From the IMG/VR virus record IMGVR_UViG_2623620512_000004, positions 8,375-72,374 of that record: a stretch of DNA of 64,000 nt. One strand, written 5' to 3'. How positions within the stretch are numbered: position 1 is the stretch's first letter; every line of letters begins with the position of its first letter. Shown here one piece after another: positions 29,098 to 38,045 of the stretch. Source of the stretch: a virus (lineage: Duplodnaviria; Caudoviricetes). The position numbers and the translations under genes are program-made. Below the pieces are notes generated by a model. That model saw only the letters and a list, made by a program, of their open reading frames with translations. It had not been told where the DNA came from and did not search any database.

Positions 29098-30549
29098 TTA
29101 CATTACTTGCTCTCCAATGGAGAAAGCGGTGGCCCTGTTTTCAGAGGCGGTCTTTTCCTCCTTCTGAATCTGTTCAAGGGTGGCCTGTGCATCGTCACTC
29201 TCACCGAAACGCTGAATAGATTCAAGTTGGCTCTCGATAGCCTTACCACCGTTGGCCTTCATGCGTCTGTTAATCTCGGCCATCTCATCATTCTGGATAA
29301 ATGGAGTGATGACGTGCTCAACGTCAATATTATCAATATCGTTCTTCCACTCCTTGGGACCGAATACTTTGAGGAAAGCCTTGATGACGTTGCACTCACG
29401 CTCCAAAAACTCGATCCATGCGCCAGCCTCATCACCTATCTTCAAGTGGGCATCGGTCAACATGGTCTGACGTGCATCAAAGCCGATATTACCAAGGCCC
29501 TTCATGTTCTCAAACGAAATGTCCGGCATCTGAGCCTGCATCCAGTAGAGTTTGAGCATGGTATCAACATGATACTTCAAAGCCTCGATAGCCTGCGACC
29601 AAGAGACGTAGGACACATCACCGCCATTCTCTGTACGGAATATCCTTCGGCTCTCACCCTTATCCTCACTGCCCTTGATGCCACCAGAGATTTTCAGTAC
29701 TGGTGCGCTGTTGTAGGCAATAACATTCGAGTTACGAGAGAGGGTGTATTCTATCTCTTCTCTGAGGCCAGTCAGTCCGTCATAGGCAGGAACATTACGA
29801 TAGGCATAAACGCCAGGAATCTTCATCAGAACGATTTCCTCACCAGAAACCTCACCTTCCTCTGATTCCTCATGAAGCACCTCTACCCATCCACCGTCTG
29901 AAAGTTCCTGCTTCCAGATGTAGTGGCGGTTATCGGTATAAGTCTCAAAGAAGGTTACTTCCTCTCCGTTGGCATCTTTCTTCTTATACTCTAACGACAT
30001 GGCCAACATATCGTCAAGTTCGTCAATGAGAGGGTACAGTTTCACACCGTCCATCGGTGAGTACGTCTTGCACTTCAACTTGAAGTTGCTTTCAAAGCCA
30101 TAGAGCGTGTTCTTCTGCTTGACGGCATACCAGACAGTGAATATCTCACAGGATGCGTAGTAGGACAGCGCACGTTTCAAGTTCACACTGTCTATACGAA
30201 CATTCTTGTAGATGGCTTCAATGGCCTTGACAATGGCCTGCTTCTTATCGTCTGGCTTGCCATCCTCCTTGGTGACGTTCGAATAGACACGCTTAACAGG
30301 GATGGCGAAGGTAAACTCAGCCATGCGTCTCGACAACAGCTTTTCAAGTCCGATGTAGATTCTGGAGGACTTTTCAAGACCCTTATCCTTCAACGCGATC
30401 GTATCACTACAAACCTTGTGCATGGTAGGCTCATAGTCCTTGATACAATCCTTCCAATCCTTGACAGGAACGGTTTTCTGCTTCAACGCAGTTACTATGG
30501 CTCCGTTATCGCCACTCGTAAAGTCTATGTACTTCGATATATCGCCCAT
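29098..30549 (-). CDS. Portal protein (SPP1-like)
   Basis: FTFAIPVKRVY and IEFLERECNVIKAF; start re-assigned to MGDISKY at 30549. Confidence 0.85.
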   Translation of the reverse strand: MGDISKYIDFTSGDNGAIVTALKQKTVPVKDWKDCIKDYEPTMHKVCSDTIALKDKGLEKSSRIYIGLEKLLSRRMAEFTFAIPVKRVYSNVTKEDGKPDDKKQAIVKAIEAIYKNVRIDSVNLKRALSYYASCEIFTVWYAVKQKNTLYGFESNFKLKCKTYSPMDGVKLYPLIDELDDMLAMSLEYKKKDANGEEVTFFETYTDNRHYIWKQELSDGGWVEVLHEESEEGEVSGEEIVLMKIPGVYAYRNVPAYDGLTGLREEIEYTLSRNSNVIAYNSAPVLKISGGIKGSEDKGESRRIFRTENGGDVSYVSWSQAIEALKYHVDTMLKLYWMQAQMPDISFENMKGLGNIGFDARQTMLTDAHLKIGDEAGAWIEFLERECNVIKAFLKVFGPKEWKNDIDNIDVEHVITPFIQNDEMAEINRRMKANGGKAIESQLESIQRFGESDDAQATLEQIQKEEKTASENRATAFSIGEQVM

Positions 30550-30996
30550 CTTTGTGACTTTTGTAATTACGGTCGCAAAGTTAGTTAAAATCATTTGAAA
30601 AACAAATACTTTTCACACTTTTTTTGAAAAAGCCGTTTAAATTCGCTGTGAGACGTTTGTTTTTCTGGGGTGGGTAGTTATAAGGATGAAGGGGTAAAAA
30701 CTCGCTGTGGACTTCGGAATCCTTTTTATTTCCTGCGTTTTCTGTAAGGTAATAAGAGTGCGCTTTGGATATTCGAGGTTTTCGCCCTCCTGCTTTGCAG
30801 TTTCGCTCTGCCACACTGTGTCGCTTGTGGATGCGGATAGTCTCTGGCTAACCATCAATGCCTGCGCTTTCAAGTGCCTTTTGTTTATGGAGAGAGCCAC
30901 TTCAAAGGCTACCGAAAATACGGATAACTCTCCTTGCTGATTTCTCAGCCGAACGTTCGTTGTGGATGGCCAGAACGTTGAATCTGGCCGTACCGC

Positions 30997-31326
30997 CTAT
31001 ACGGATTCACCCTTCTTCAAATTCTTTGGGCTTTCTAACTGGTCGCAGATGGCAACCCTCTTACCTACACGTATCAGTTTAGGCAGGTAAACGTCTAACG
31101 CATGATGAGGAAACGCTGTCTCTTTCCTGCCATTGTGCATGGAGAGCGTTATTCCGAGAATCTTTTCACAGGCCTCTGCATCCTGCTCATACGCCTCATA
31201 GTAGTCACCGCAACGGAACAGTAAAACTGCGTCTGGATATTTCTCCTTGAACTCATAGAACTGCTTCAATGCAGGTGTCAGTTCTATCTTGATGTTCGAC
31301 TTGCTGATATTGATTTTCTCTGCCAT
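30997..31326 (-). CDS. Stand-alone MutS domain I (mismatch-binding) protein
   Basis: [34 protein letters not shown]...[24 protein letters not shown]. Confidence 0.85.
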   Translation of the reverse strand: MAEKINISKSNIKIELTPALKQFYEFKEKYPDAVLLFRCGDYYEAYEQDAEACEKILGITLSMHNGRKETAFPHHALDVYLPKLIRVGKRVAICDQLESPKNLKKGESV

Positions 31327-31329
31327 AAC

Positions 31330-31524
31330 TTAACCTACCAGATGTTCTTCAACCTTCACTCCTTTGTAATCAAATCTCCTGTACTCTTTCGCTTCCCTGT
31401 TTGCGTCTGCTCTGTTAGCATAGACACCGAGTACTCCTGCATTGTACGATAGTACATAAACGTGTTCACCTTTCATAATCAATAACCCTTTACTTCCATT
31501 CTGAACTTTTTGAATAGCGGCCAA
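31330..31524 (-). CDS. Small hypothetical protein (start uncertain)
   Basis: VYVL...GVYANR..A pattern of small phage proteins. Confidence 0.45.
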   Translation of the reverse strand: MAAIQKVQNGSKGLLIMKGEHVYVLSYNAGVLGVYANRADANREAKEYRRFDYKGVKVEEHLVG

Positions 31525-31635
31525 GCGATTTCGTTAGCCTCCTTCTCTCCAACCTCGCAGTAGTGCGTTCTGTCAGTCAGATTGTCTAAGACATCTAACA
31601 GGAACTCCTTTTCTTTCTTCGTCAGTTTCATACCT

Positions 31636-31920
31636 CTACTTGTTTACGACTAACGGCTGACCTACCCAGAACAGCAGGTACTCGCCTAACTTGTGATTGT
31701 TTCTGACACTATCAAGCACCTTCTCTGACAAGGAGGCACGTTCTGTTACCTCCTTGCCGAAGAGTGGGCTGTGAGAGACAGCCTTTGCAATACGCTTACT
31801 GTTGGCCATTGCATAGGCTATCTCCTTGGCACCACCGATGGTCATTCCGATTTCGTTGTCTGATGCGTCAAACAGCTTAACGACCACCCTTGCACTGAAC
31901 AATCTACCTTCGTTTGCCAT
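31636..31920 (-). CDS. Hypothetical protein
   Basis: 94-aa ORF coupled to the upstream stop. Confidence 0.55.
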   Translation of the reverse strand: MANEGRLFSARVVVKLFDASDNEIGMTIGGAKEIAYAMANSKRIAKAVSHSPLFGKEVTERASLSEKVLDSVRNNHKLGEYLLFWVGQPLVVNK

Positions 31921-32273
31921 TACTCTTCCTCCGAATACAGGTTATTCAAGAAGTTCTTCAAGTAGGTGTCATCTATCTCCGAGAGTTTCACAGGGTCAAA
32001 GTGAATGTCTCTCTCCACTCCAAGACCCCATGAGTTCTTGACAGTCTGGAGTTCTGCAAGGCTGACGTAGCCGTACTCACCTTCACCTGCAGGATTGATG
32101 GTGATACCGTAGCCTATCTTGTTTTCAAGATCCGCCTCCAGAATGTACCACGTCCAGTTGACACCGCACATGAAGAACTTCACAACACAGATTGCATCCT
32201 TCTTCTTACCATCTTGGCTGTAGAGGGGATATTCCTGCAACCGTTTCTCTACTTCTTTCGTAATCAATTTCAT
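31920..32273 (-). CDS. DUF2958-like protein
   Basis: PLYSQDG...VVKFF...WTWY..E...EYGYVSL.EL...VERD.HF. Confidence 0.75.
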   Translation of the reverse strand: MKLITKEVEKRLQEYPLYSQDGKKKDAICVVKFFMCGVNWTWYILEADLENKIGYGITINPAGEGEYGYVSLAELQTVKNSWGLGVERDIHFDPVKLSEIDDTYLKNFLNNLYSEEE

Positions 32274-32291
32274 TGCTCTTCTGTTTTAGGG

Positions 32292-32495
32292 TTACTTCTT
32301 CAATTCATATCTGCTCTTAGGATTCAATCTCTGGAGGCGAGCCAGAACATCTTCTTGTGTGTTCTCGCCATACAGAGCCTCGTACCATACTGGATGAGCG
32401 TATAACTCACCATTCTTCTTCACCGAGTAGATGTAAGCACCACGCTTCACATACTCCTTACCATTCTTTCTGTGTTTGATTTCGACTAATTTCAT
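32292..32495 (-). CDS. Hypothetical protein
   Basis: AAGAGCA-ATG start. Confidence 0.6.
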   Translation of the reverse strand: MKLVEIKHRKNGKEYVKRGAYIYSVKKNGELYAHPVWYEALYGENTQEDVLARLQRLNPKSRYELKK

Positions 32496-32514
32496 TGCTC
32501 TTATACTTTAGGGG

Positions 32515-32898
32515 TTAATTCATTCTGTTTACAACTTCCTCGACAAAATCTAACTGAGCATCGAAGTTCTTCCAGACTTTGCGATTAACATCTATCAGTT
32601 CTCTGTGACCATGCTCCAACTGAAGCATCATGTCATCAAACCAGTCACCTGTGTACTTGTAGCCATCATCCAGAACTATGACTTCCTTCTTCTTGGGCTG
32701 ATGGAGGCGCAATGTTCTCATCATCCAGTTAGCCATCTCGATATTCTGCTTCGTACCTGTAAAGATGGCGAAGATGGTAGTTCTGATACCATTGGTCGTG
32801 ATGTCATCACCTTCCTCCCAATCGAAGTGGTGCTCACGAATACCAATCAGATTCTTACTCTCATTGTAATAAACTAAAAATTTCTTTGACGTTTCCAT
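32515..32898 (-). CDS. Hypothetical protein
   Basis: First gene after the promoter at 32919-32962; AAGAGCA-ATG start. Confidence 0.6.
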   Translation of the reverse strand: METSKKFLVYYNESKNLIGIREHHFDWEEGDDITTNGIRTTIFAIFTGTKQNIEMANWMMRTLRLHQPKKKEVIVLDDGYKYTGDWFDDMMLQLEHGHRELIDVNRKVWKNFDAQLDFVEEVVNRMN

Positions 32899-32918
32899 TG
32901 CTCTTTACGTTTAATTGA

Positions 32919-32962
32919 TTTGCACTGGCAAAGTTAGCCAAATAATTCTGAATATCAAAACG
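32919..32962 (-). promoter_or_regulatory. Early-type promoter
   Basis: CGTTTTGATATTCAGAA-N7-TAACTTTGCCAGTGCAAA, as at 24161, 35174, 45671 and 48837. Confidence 0.75.
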
Positions 32963-33000
32963 AATGTTCCAGAGATTTTCGCTACATAAACTAAGATTAA

Positions 33001-33240
33001 CTATAGGACTTTCATGTACTTCTGCTTGATAACAGTTATTGACTTTTGCACCTCCAGAGTGGTATCAATGCCTAACATCTGGTAGAAACGTCCGCTTCCG
33101 TTCAATGTCTCACTGGCTATCTGGAGCGTCCTGCGCTCTTCCTTCGAGAATCCAATCTTGAAGGTTTTGAAGATGGCAAGCGCATCCCGCAGCCTGCCAT
33201 CCTTGAACAATCCTATAGCCTTATCGGTTTTCGTCATCAT
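33001..33240 (-). CDS. Hypothetical protein
   Basis: MMTKTDKAI...FYQMLGID. Confidence 0.55.
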   Translation of the reverse strand: MMTKTDKAIGLFKDGRLRDALAIFKTFKIGFSKEERRTLQIASETLNGSGRFYQMLGIDTTLEVQKSITVIKQKYMKVL

Positions 33241-33412
33241 CCTTGACCTCTCCTTGAACATATATTTCGTGTCCGTCAAAATCTCCGTCATCTAAGACTA
33301 TCTCTGATTCCTCCCACTGTGCTTGCACCTTGTTCCAAGCATCATCCTTGTCCTCTGCCTCCACCTCGACAATGCGAGAGAGGGTTTCTATTATCTTAAC
33401 TTTGTACTTCAT
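33221..33412 (-). CDS. DpnD/PcfM-like protein
   Basis: MKYKVKIIETLSRIVEVEA...EIVLD..DF. Confidence 0.75.
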   Translation of the reverse strand: MKYKVKIIETLSRIVEVEAEDKDDAWNKVQAQWEESEIVLDDGDFDGHEIYVQGEVKDDDENR

Positions 33413-33413
33413 A

Positions 33414-34415
33414 TCATGCCATCTTTACGAGTTCAACCTTTTCCTTACTTACCACTTCGAGAATCATCTGCACGGCCTTGTTGACATCTGCCAGGACAGA
33501 GACGATAAACTTTGGCTCCTTGTGGAGCGCACTTATCCATGAATCCAGATAACAGGCATTGTTATCCATCAGCTTCGGGTCGAAGCCTAACACCTGACCG
33601 ATGATGGCCGCTGACAGTTCGGCAACCAGTTCTTCCTTCGCATACTCCTTGGAGGCGAAAGCGTTTCCCTTACCTCTGGCCAGTCGGCTTTCATGGCCAG
33701 TGGAGTGAGCCATTTCGTGTAGCAGGACATCATAGAATCGCATTCCGCTGAGATACTTAGCCTCATCACTGGAACTGTCATAGAACTGTGTTTTCATGGG
33801 AACGTGTATCTCATCCTTTGACGGACGGTAGAACGCTTCGTTGGACGGCTTCTGGTAGTGGATAGGGCAAAGCCACTTCTGACCAGAGAGCATATCATCT
33901 ATATCTGCATTCTCATACATTCCGAACGTGTCCGTTGGCGGTTCTGCGACTTGGAACTTCTTTTTCAGTTTCTCGATAACCTTGGGTGCTGCCTCTTCAA
34001 GGTTGGTCTGGCTGATGTTAAACACGTTGTACGACTTCAACACAGGGTAGTACGTACACTGCTTTCTCTCTTCCATTGACATGTCATCAATGTTCTCTAC
34101 CTTGGTACCATCGGCCTTCTTATAGATAAGCCTCCAGTACAGTACTGGGAATGATTCTGCACCCTTGTTGATATTGCCTCCGAGTTCCTTAATCTGGTGG
34201 AACGTGGCGAACACTGGGTACTTCCAGTCATTCATGCTTGACAGCAGGAGCAGAAGGAACGAGTTCGTGCCGTTGTACTCACTGCCTCTGAGGTTGATAG
34301 GCATATCACCGAAGGTCGTACCTATCCAACCTTTCTTCCAGTCAGATGCTTTCATCTGCTTCATTCGCTCGATAATCATATCTGCGAACTTCTCTACTAC
34401 TAATTCCGATTTCAT
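33414..34415 (-). CDS. ardC: ArdC-like antirestriction protein (ssDNA-binding domain plus zincin)
   Basis: YNGTN..LL, TFHQIKELGG.I.KG, YNVFNISQ, HEMAHSTGH..RL, YAKEELVAEL and YLDSW motifs. Confidence 0.85.
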   Translation of the reverse strand: MKSELVVEKFADMIIERMKQMKASDWKKGWIGTTFGDMPINLRGSEYNGTNSFLLLLLSSMNDWKYPVFATFHQIKELGGNINKGAESFPVLYWRLIYKKADGTKVENIDDMSMEERKQCTYYPVLKSYNVFNISQTNLEEAAPKVIEKLKKKFQVAEPPTDTFGMYENADIDDMLSGQKWLCPIHYQKPSNEAFYRPSKDEIHVPMKTQFYDSSSDEAKYLSGMRFYDVLLHEMAHSTGHESRLARGKGNAFASKEYAKEELVAELSAAIIGQVLGFDPKLMDNNACYLDSWISALHKEPKFIVSVLADVNKAVQMILEVVSKEKVELVKMA

Positions 34416-34427
34416 TGCTCTATACTT

Positions 34428-34670
34428 TTATGGTTTGTAAAAATCTGCATCTACTACGTTGGTCGGCAAGCCAAATTCTGGCACTGGCGAGAAGTACGGC
34501 TCATGCTCTGGTTCGTTAGTATGCCAATCAACTACATATCCATTGGGAAACTCTCTGATGAGGAAATTCTTAATCTCCTGCTCATCCTCATCAGAGATAC
34601 CGCTATAGTCACCATACTCGATGGCACAGATAGCGTATTCTGGTATCTTATACGTTCCTATCAGTTCCAT
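34428..34670 (-). CDS. Small acidic hypothetical protein
   Basis: IPEYAICAIEYGDYSG.SDEDE. Confidence 0.6.
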   Translation of the reverse strand: MELIGTYKIPEYAICAIEYGDYSGISDEDEQEIKNFLIREFPNGYVVDWHTNEPEHEPYFSPVPEFGLPTNVVDADFYKP

Positions 34671-34681
34671 AGACTTTCCTC

Positions 34682-34915
34682 CTACGATAAGACATACACC
34701 ATTGTCACGCCTCGCTTCTGAGCCTCTTTCTTAGCTTCCTTGACTGCATCCGAGTACATGGTGTATGGCTTGGACCAGAACACCTTGTCTGGGTCATTCT
34801 CTGCCTCCTGTCTGTTGCCGATGGCGAAAGCCCATGTGCCTTTGCCTTTGGGAGCGTGACCATGCGCCCAACGATAACCTGCAGTACTCACTTCAATCTG
34901 ATTCATTGCTACCAT
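34682..34915 (-). CDS. Hypothetical protein
   Basis: HGHAPKGKGTWAF motif. Confidence 0.6.
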   Translation of the reverse strand: MVAMNQIEVSTAGYRWAHGHAPKGKGTWAFAIGNRQEAENDPDKVFWSKPYTMYSDAVKEAKKEAQKRGVTMVYVLS

Positions 34916-34928
34916 AATCGTTTCCTCC

Positions 34929-35144
34929 TTACTTTACGCTAAAAACTAACATTCTGTAGTCATCACCACATCTGAACTGCTTCTTGCCGTTGGTAAGAAC
35001 GCAGAACTGTTTCTGACTGGCTCTTCTGTGAAGGTATGCCAGATACTCCATTGCAGCCTCGATCGTGCTGAAGGTCTTTAACACGCACTTTTCGGTTCTG
35101 ATGCCGAGGTGCTGAATCTCTTTCATTACTTTGTACGATTTCAT
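34929..35144 (-). CDS. Hypothetical protein
   Basis: First gene after the promoter; AAGAGCA-ATG-AAA-TCG start. Confidence 0.6.
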   Translation of the reverse strand: MKSYKVMKEIQHLGIRTEKCVLKTFSTIEAAMEYLAYLHRRASQKQFCVLTNGKKQFRCGDDYRMLVFSVK

Positions 35145-35173
35145 TGCTCTTATACTTTATATTGTTAATGCTG

Positions 35174-35496
35174 TTTGCTCTGGCAAAGTTACACATAAAA
35201 TTCTGAATATCAAAACGATGCAACTTTTTATTTTCTATACATTGACTAAGTTTAACTGTTGACTTTTTGCACAGAAAACACGTTTTGAGCAAAATCCTCA
35301 TGGTGGCCATAATTTCATGCGGATGGATAAGTATAAAGGGGGTTCAATTTGAAACTGGCAGGGAACTTTAGAATCAGTATTTAACATTGGGTTAACTTAA
35401 CTGGACTTTATCAATGTCAAAGGAATCTAAATTTAACGGTTGCTTAACGGAGATTTGCCCTGTGGTGGCCGTCAGTGGCCATTAACGGTTTATAAC
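35174..35496 (-). repeat. ~300-bp early promoter/upstream repeat block, copy 2
   Basis: 35-nt exact match 35239-35273 = 48902-48936; shared core at 35325-35343. Confidence 0.8.
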
Positions 35497-35498
35497 AG

Positions 35499-35570
35499 AA
35501 AAAAGTGCTCCTATTCGTCACGAACCGAAGCACTAAGAGCAATGAAATCGTCAAAAGAAACGATTTCGCT
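35499..35570 (-). ncRNA. Predicted trans-acting antisense sRNA (~70 nt)
   Basis: TAACTTTG -7 box at 35572-35579; 5' hairpin GAAAUCGU/ACGAUUUC; unpaired AUUGCUCUU; terminator stem AGUGCU...AGCACU followed by a U tract. The seed is complementary to 19 gene starts. Confidence 0.75.
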
Positions 35571-35617
35571 GCAAAGTTACAAAACTTTTTCTAATTACAA
35601 TTATTACAGCAATATAT

Positions 35618-36145
35618 TTAGCAACTTTTATGTCTCCACTTGTAGCCTCCTGCAGTTTTGTATCGTCCATTACAGCAGGCAGCAATGTTACCATGATGCA
35701 CTCCTGTCTTTCTTTCTGCATCGTTCGCAGATTCAAACTCATCAATGTATTCTCCTGTCAACGTGTAACGCACAACAGGCTTTGAATAAGCATTTGGGCG
35801 TGTACCGTAATTCATATTGTAATCTCTTGTGCACCATTCAAGATTGTCAACATGGTTATTTGTCTTGTTCTCATCTTTATGGTTCACTTCGTTTTCGTTT
35901 CCACACTTTACCAAGAATGCTTCGGCTACAAGACGATGAACAAGACAGAACTTTGCTTTTCCAGATTTTGCCAGATAAACATATTCATAGCCTATTTTGT
36001 CTATTCGCTTTTTCAAAAGACACCCTTTCTTTAATACTTCTGAATAACGGTTCTTTCTATATCTCGGCAAAGAACGTACATTGCCAAAATTACTCACTTG
36101 GTATTCATTTTCATACCCTTCTATATCTTTCCAAATCTCAATCAT
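35618..36145 (-). CDS. NUMOD4-HNH-NUMOD1 homing endonuclease
   Basis: EIWKDIEGYE..YQVSNFGNVRS, VHRLVAEAF, VNHKDENK.NN.V.NLEWC. Confidence 0.9.
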   Translation of the reverse strand: MIEIWKDIEGYENEYQVSNFGNVRSLPRYRKNRYSEVLKKGCLLKKRIDKIGYEYVYLAKSGKAKFCLVHRLVAEAFLVKCGNENEVNHKDENKTNNHVDNLEWCTRDYNMNYGTRPNAYSKPVVRYTLTGEYIDEFESANDAERKTGVHHGNIAACCNGRYKTAGGYKWRHKSC

Positions 36146-37656
36146 AACATTTCATTTAAAAGTTTTTCGTCATTACTGTAATCCCAATCGTAAGGATAGA
36201 ATGTCATCGCCAGAGCATCGAAACGGTCTGGTGAGCGTTTGAGACGTTTCTTGATTTCTTCCTTCTTTTCTATGATGATGCTGCCGTTACTGAGGAACGA
36301 CCAGTGTATGTCACAGGCCTCTTCTACCAAGAAGTCATCTGGAGGCAGGGCAGGGTTGAAGCCGTTCTTGGGGTCAAGCCACTCCCTAACAGCCCAGAAC
36401 AGGTAGGCTCGCATATTGGCAAACGAATACTGCCCTGTGAGGTCATGCAGGCCCTTTGTGCCTTCCGAGTTCTTGCATGAGTATGCGTTGTAGTAGTCCT
36501 GCTCCTGTAGCCTTGAATAGACACCTGCGCCCTCACCGATGGTATCAATGAAAGCCTTGGCCTTCTCATCCTTCAGATATTGGAGGGTCTTTCCTGCTAT
36601 CTTCATGTGGTCAGCAGAGCCGCCAGACTGGTGAACCTCTATCTTCGGCACCCATGAGCCATAACGAGGGATGAGCACAGAACAGTCACGACCCATACCT
36701 GCAACGTCCACACCAACCCTTGCGTGTTTCTTGGTGGTGTAGCCATCATCGTTGAGTTCCTTCCAACGGTTGACTGCGAGTTCCAACCATTCGTAAGGGA
36801 TAAGGATGTCCTCAGACACTTTCGGGAACATTCCGAGCACCTTGACACGGAACAGATCGTTAGGACGGTAGTAGTTACCTTCCCAATAGAAGTCACCCAT
36901 TCCTTCGTTGACCTCATCCTTGCGGATGGGTGTGCACCAGTTCTCGACCTTATCCTTGACCCATTCATAGTCAACCTGTCCGGGAATGACATTCTTTTTC
37001 TTCTTGACGTTCTCTGCGTTGAGGCTGTTTAGTCTGAACTTCTTGAAACGTGCAGACTTCATGGCCTTGGCGGCATAGCCAGTGGTGACGTTCGGGTTGA
37101 ACACCAACAACAAACGAGAGTTACCCTGCAAGTTACCTTCGATGGCGTTGTAGGTAGCCTCTGGAATACCAGATGCCTCAGTGACTATGAACATGGTGTT
37201 GACTGCATGGAAACCAGACCAAGCCTCGGTATTGTCTGCCGATGACTTAAAGCCTGTCAGATACCATTCCTCATAGTTGGTACGGATGCCGTTTGACAAC
37301 AGACGGCCAGGAAGGAACTGCGCATTACGGTAAAGACGTGACACCTCTGGAATCATAATATCCTTGACCTGTCGGCCTGTAGGTGCAGTCATGGCAATCT
37401 TCGTATTCTTGACCAGTTTACCTTCCTTGTTGAATCGTGGAGTAAGATACATGAAACAGATGGCAGCGACAGCAGCGATATAGTCTTTACCTCTGGCAGT
37501 ACCAGAGGCAACAGCAACCATCCTTTCGTTCTGGACGGCTCTGAGAATCGCTTTCTGTTCGTTGTCAAGTCGGGCATGGAGCACTTCTTTGGCAAAGAGG
37601 CACCAGTCAGCCCGCCATGCTTTCATCTTGTTCTTTCTCTTACTGTCACTATTCAT
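36142..37656 (-). CDS. terL: Terminase large subunit
   Basis: VAVASGTARGKDY (Walker A), FIVTEASG (Walker B), GVDVAGMGRD and SPDRFDAL nuclease motifs. Confidence 0.9.
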   Translation of the reverse strand: MNSDSKRKNKMKAWRADWCLFAKEVLHARLDNEQKAILRAVQNERMVAVASGTARGKDYIAAVAAICFMYLTPRFNKEGKLVKNTKIAMTAPTGRQVKDIMIPEVSRLYRNAQFLPGRLLSNGIRTNYEEWYLTGFKSSADNTEAWSGFHAVNTMFIVTEASGIPEATYNAIEGNLQGNSRLLLVFNPNVTTGYAAKAMKSARFKKFRLNSLNAENVKKKKNVIPGQVDYEWVKDKVENWCTPIRKDEVNEGMGDFYWEGNYYRPNDLFRVKVLGMFPKVSEDILIPYEWLELAVNRWKELNDDGYTTKKHARVGVDVAGMGRDCSVLIPRYGSWVPKIEVHQSGGSADHMKIAGKTLQYLKDEKAKAFIDTIGEGAGVYSRLQEQDYYNAYSCKNSEGTKGLHDLTGQYSFANMRAYLFWAVREWLDPKNGFNPALPPDDFLVEEACDIHWSFLSNGSIIIEKKEEIKKRLKRSPDRFDALAMTFYPYDWDYSNDEKLLNEML

Positions 37657-38045
37657 TAGTCATCGTCATCCTCATCATCTTCCGCATCGACTTCCTGCAT
37701 CAACTTCTCGAAAGAGTTGGTGACATTGGTATCTATCTGCTCTACATAGCCACGCTTCCTACCCTTGGTCTTTAGATAGAAAATGATGGCTGTGATGTTG
37801 TCATCATTGATGGCCTCCAACAGCTTACCTTCAACCCTGTCAAGGGTAGCCTCCGTGATGTCATCAACCTTTTCGGCAAAATCTGGATCGTCTTTCTTCC
37901 ATTCATAGAAGGTCTTTCTTGTGATTCCTGCAGCCTCGCAGGCATACGCAACGATGCCCTTGCTTTCAACAAGGGCTTTCAGAACTTTACTCTTCTTACG
38001 TTCCGTTTTCGCTGCAAGTTTGGCTAACGTATCTTCCTTACTCAT
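37656..38045 (-). CDS. terS: Terminase small subunit
   Basis: HTH ACEAAGITRKTFYEWKKDD..F; AIIFYLKTKGRKRGY; coupled to terL. Confidence 0.8.
   Translation of the reverse strand: MSKEDTLAKLAAKTERKKSKVLKALVESKGIVAYACEAAGITRKTFYEWKKDDPDFAEKVDDITEATLDRVEGKLLEAINDDNITAIIFYLKTKGRKRGYVEQIDTNVTNSFEKLMQEVDAEDDEDDDD

Noticed and set aside
35440-36147. 235-aa + strand ORF containing AAGAGCAATG
   Set aside because: It is antisense to a clear HNH gene and has implausible composition; the promoter and terminator point to a - strand RNA instead. Kept only as the refuting alternative for the sRNA.
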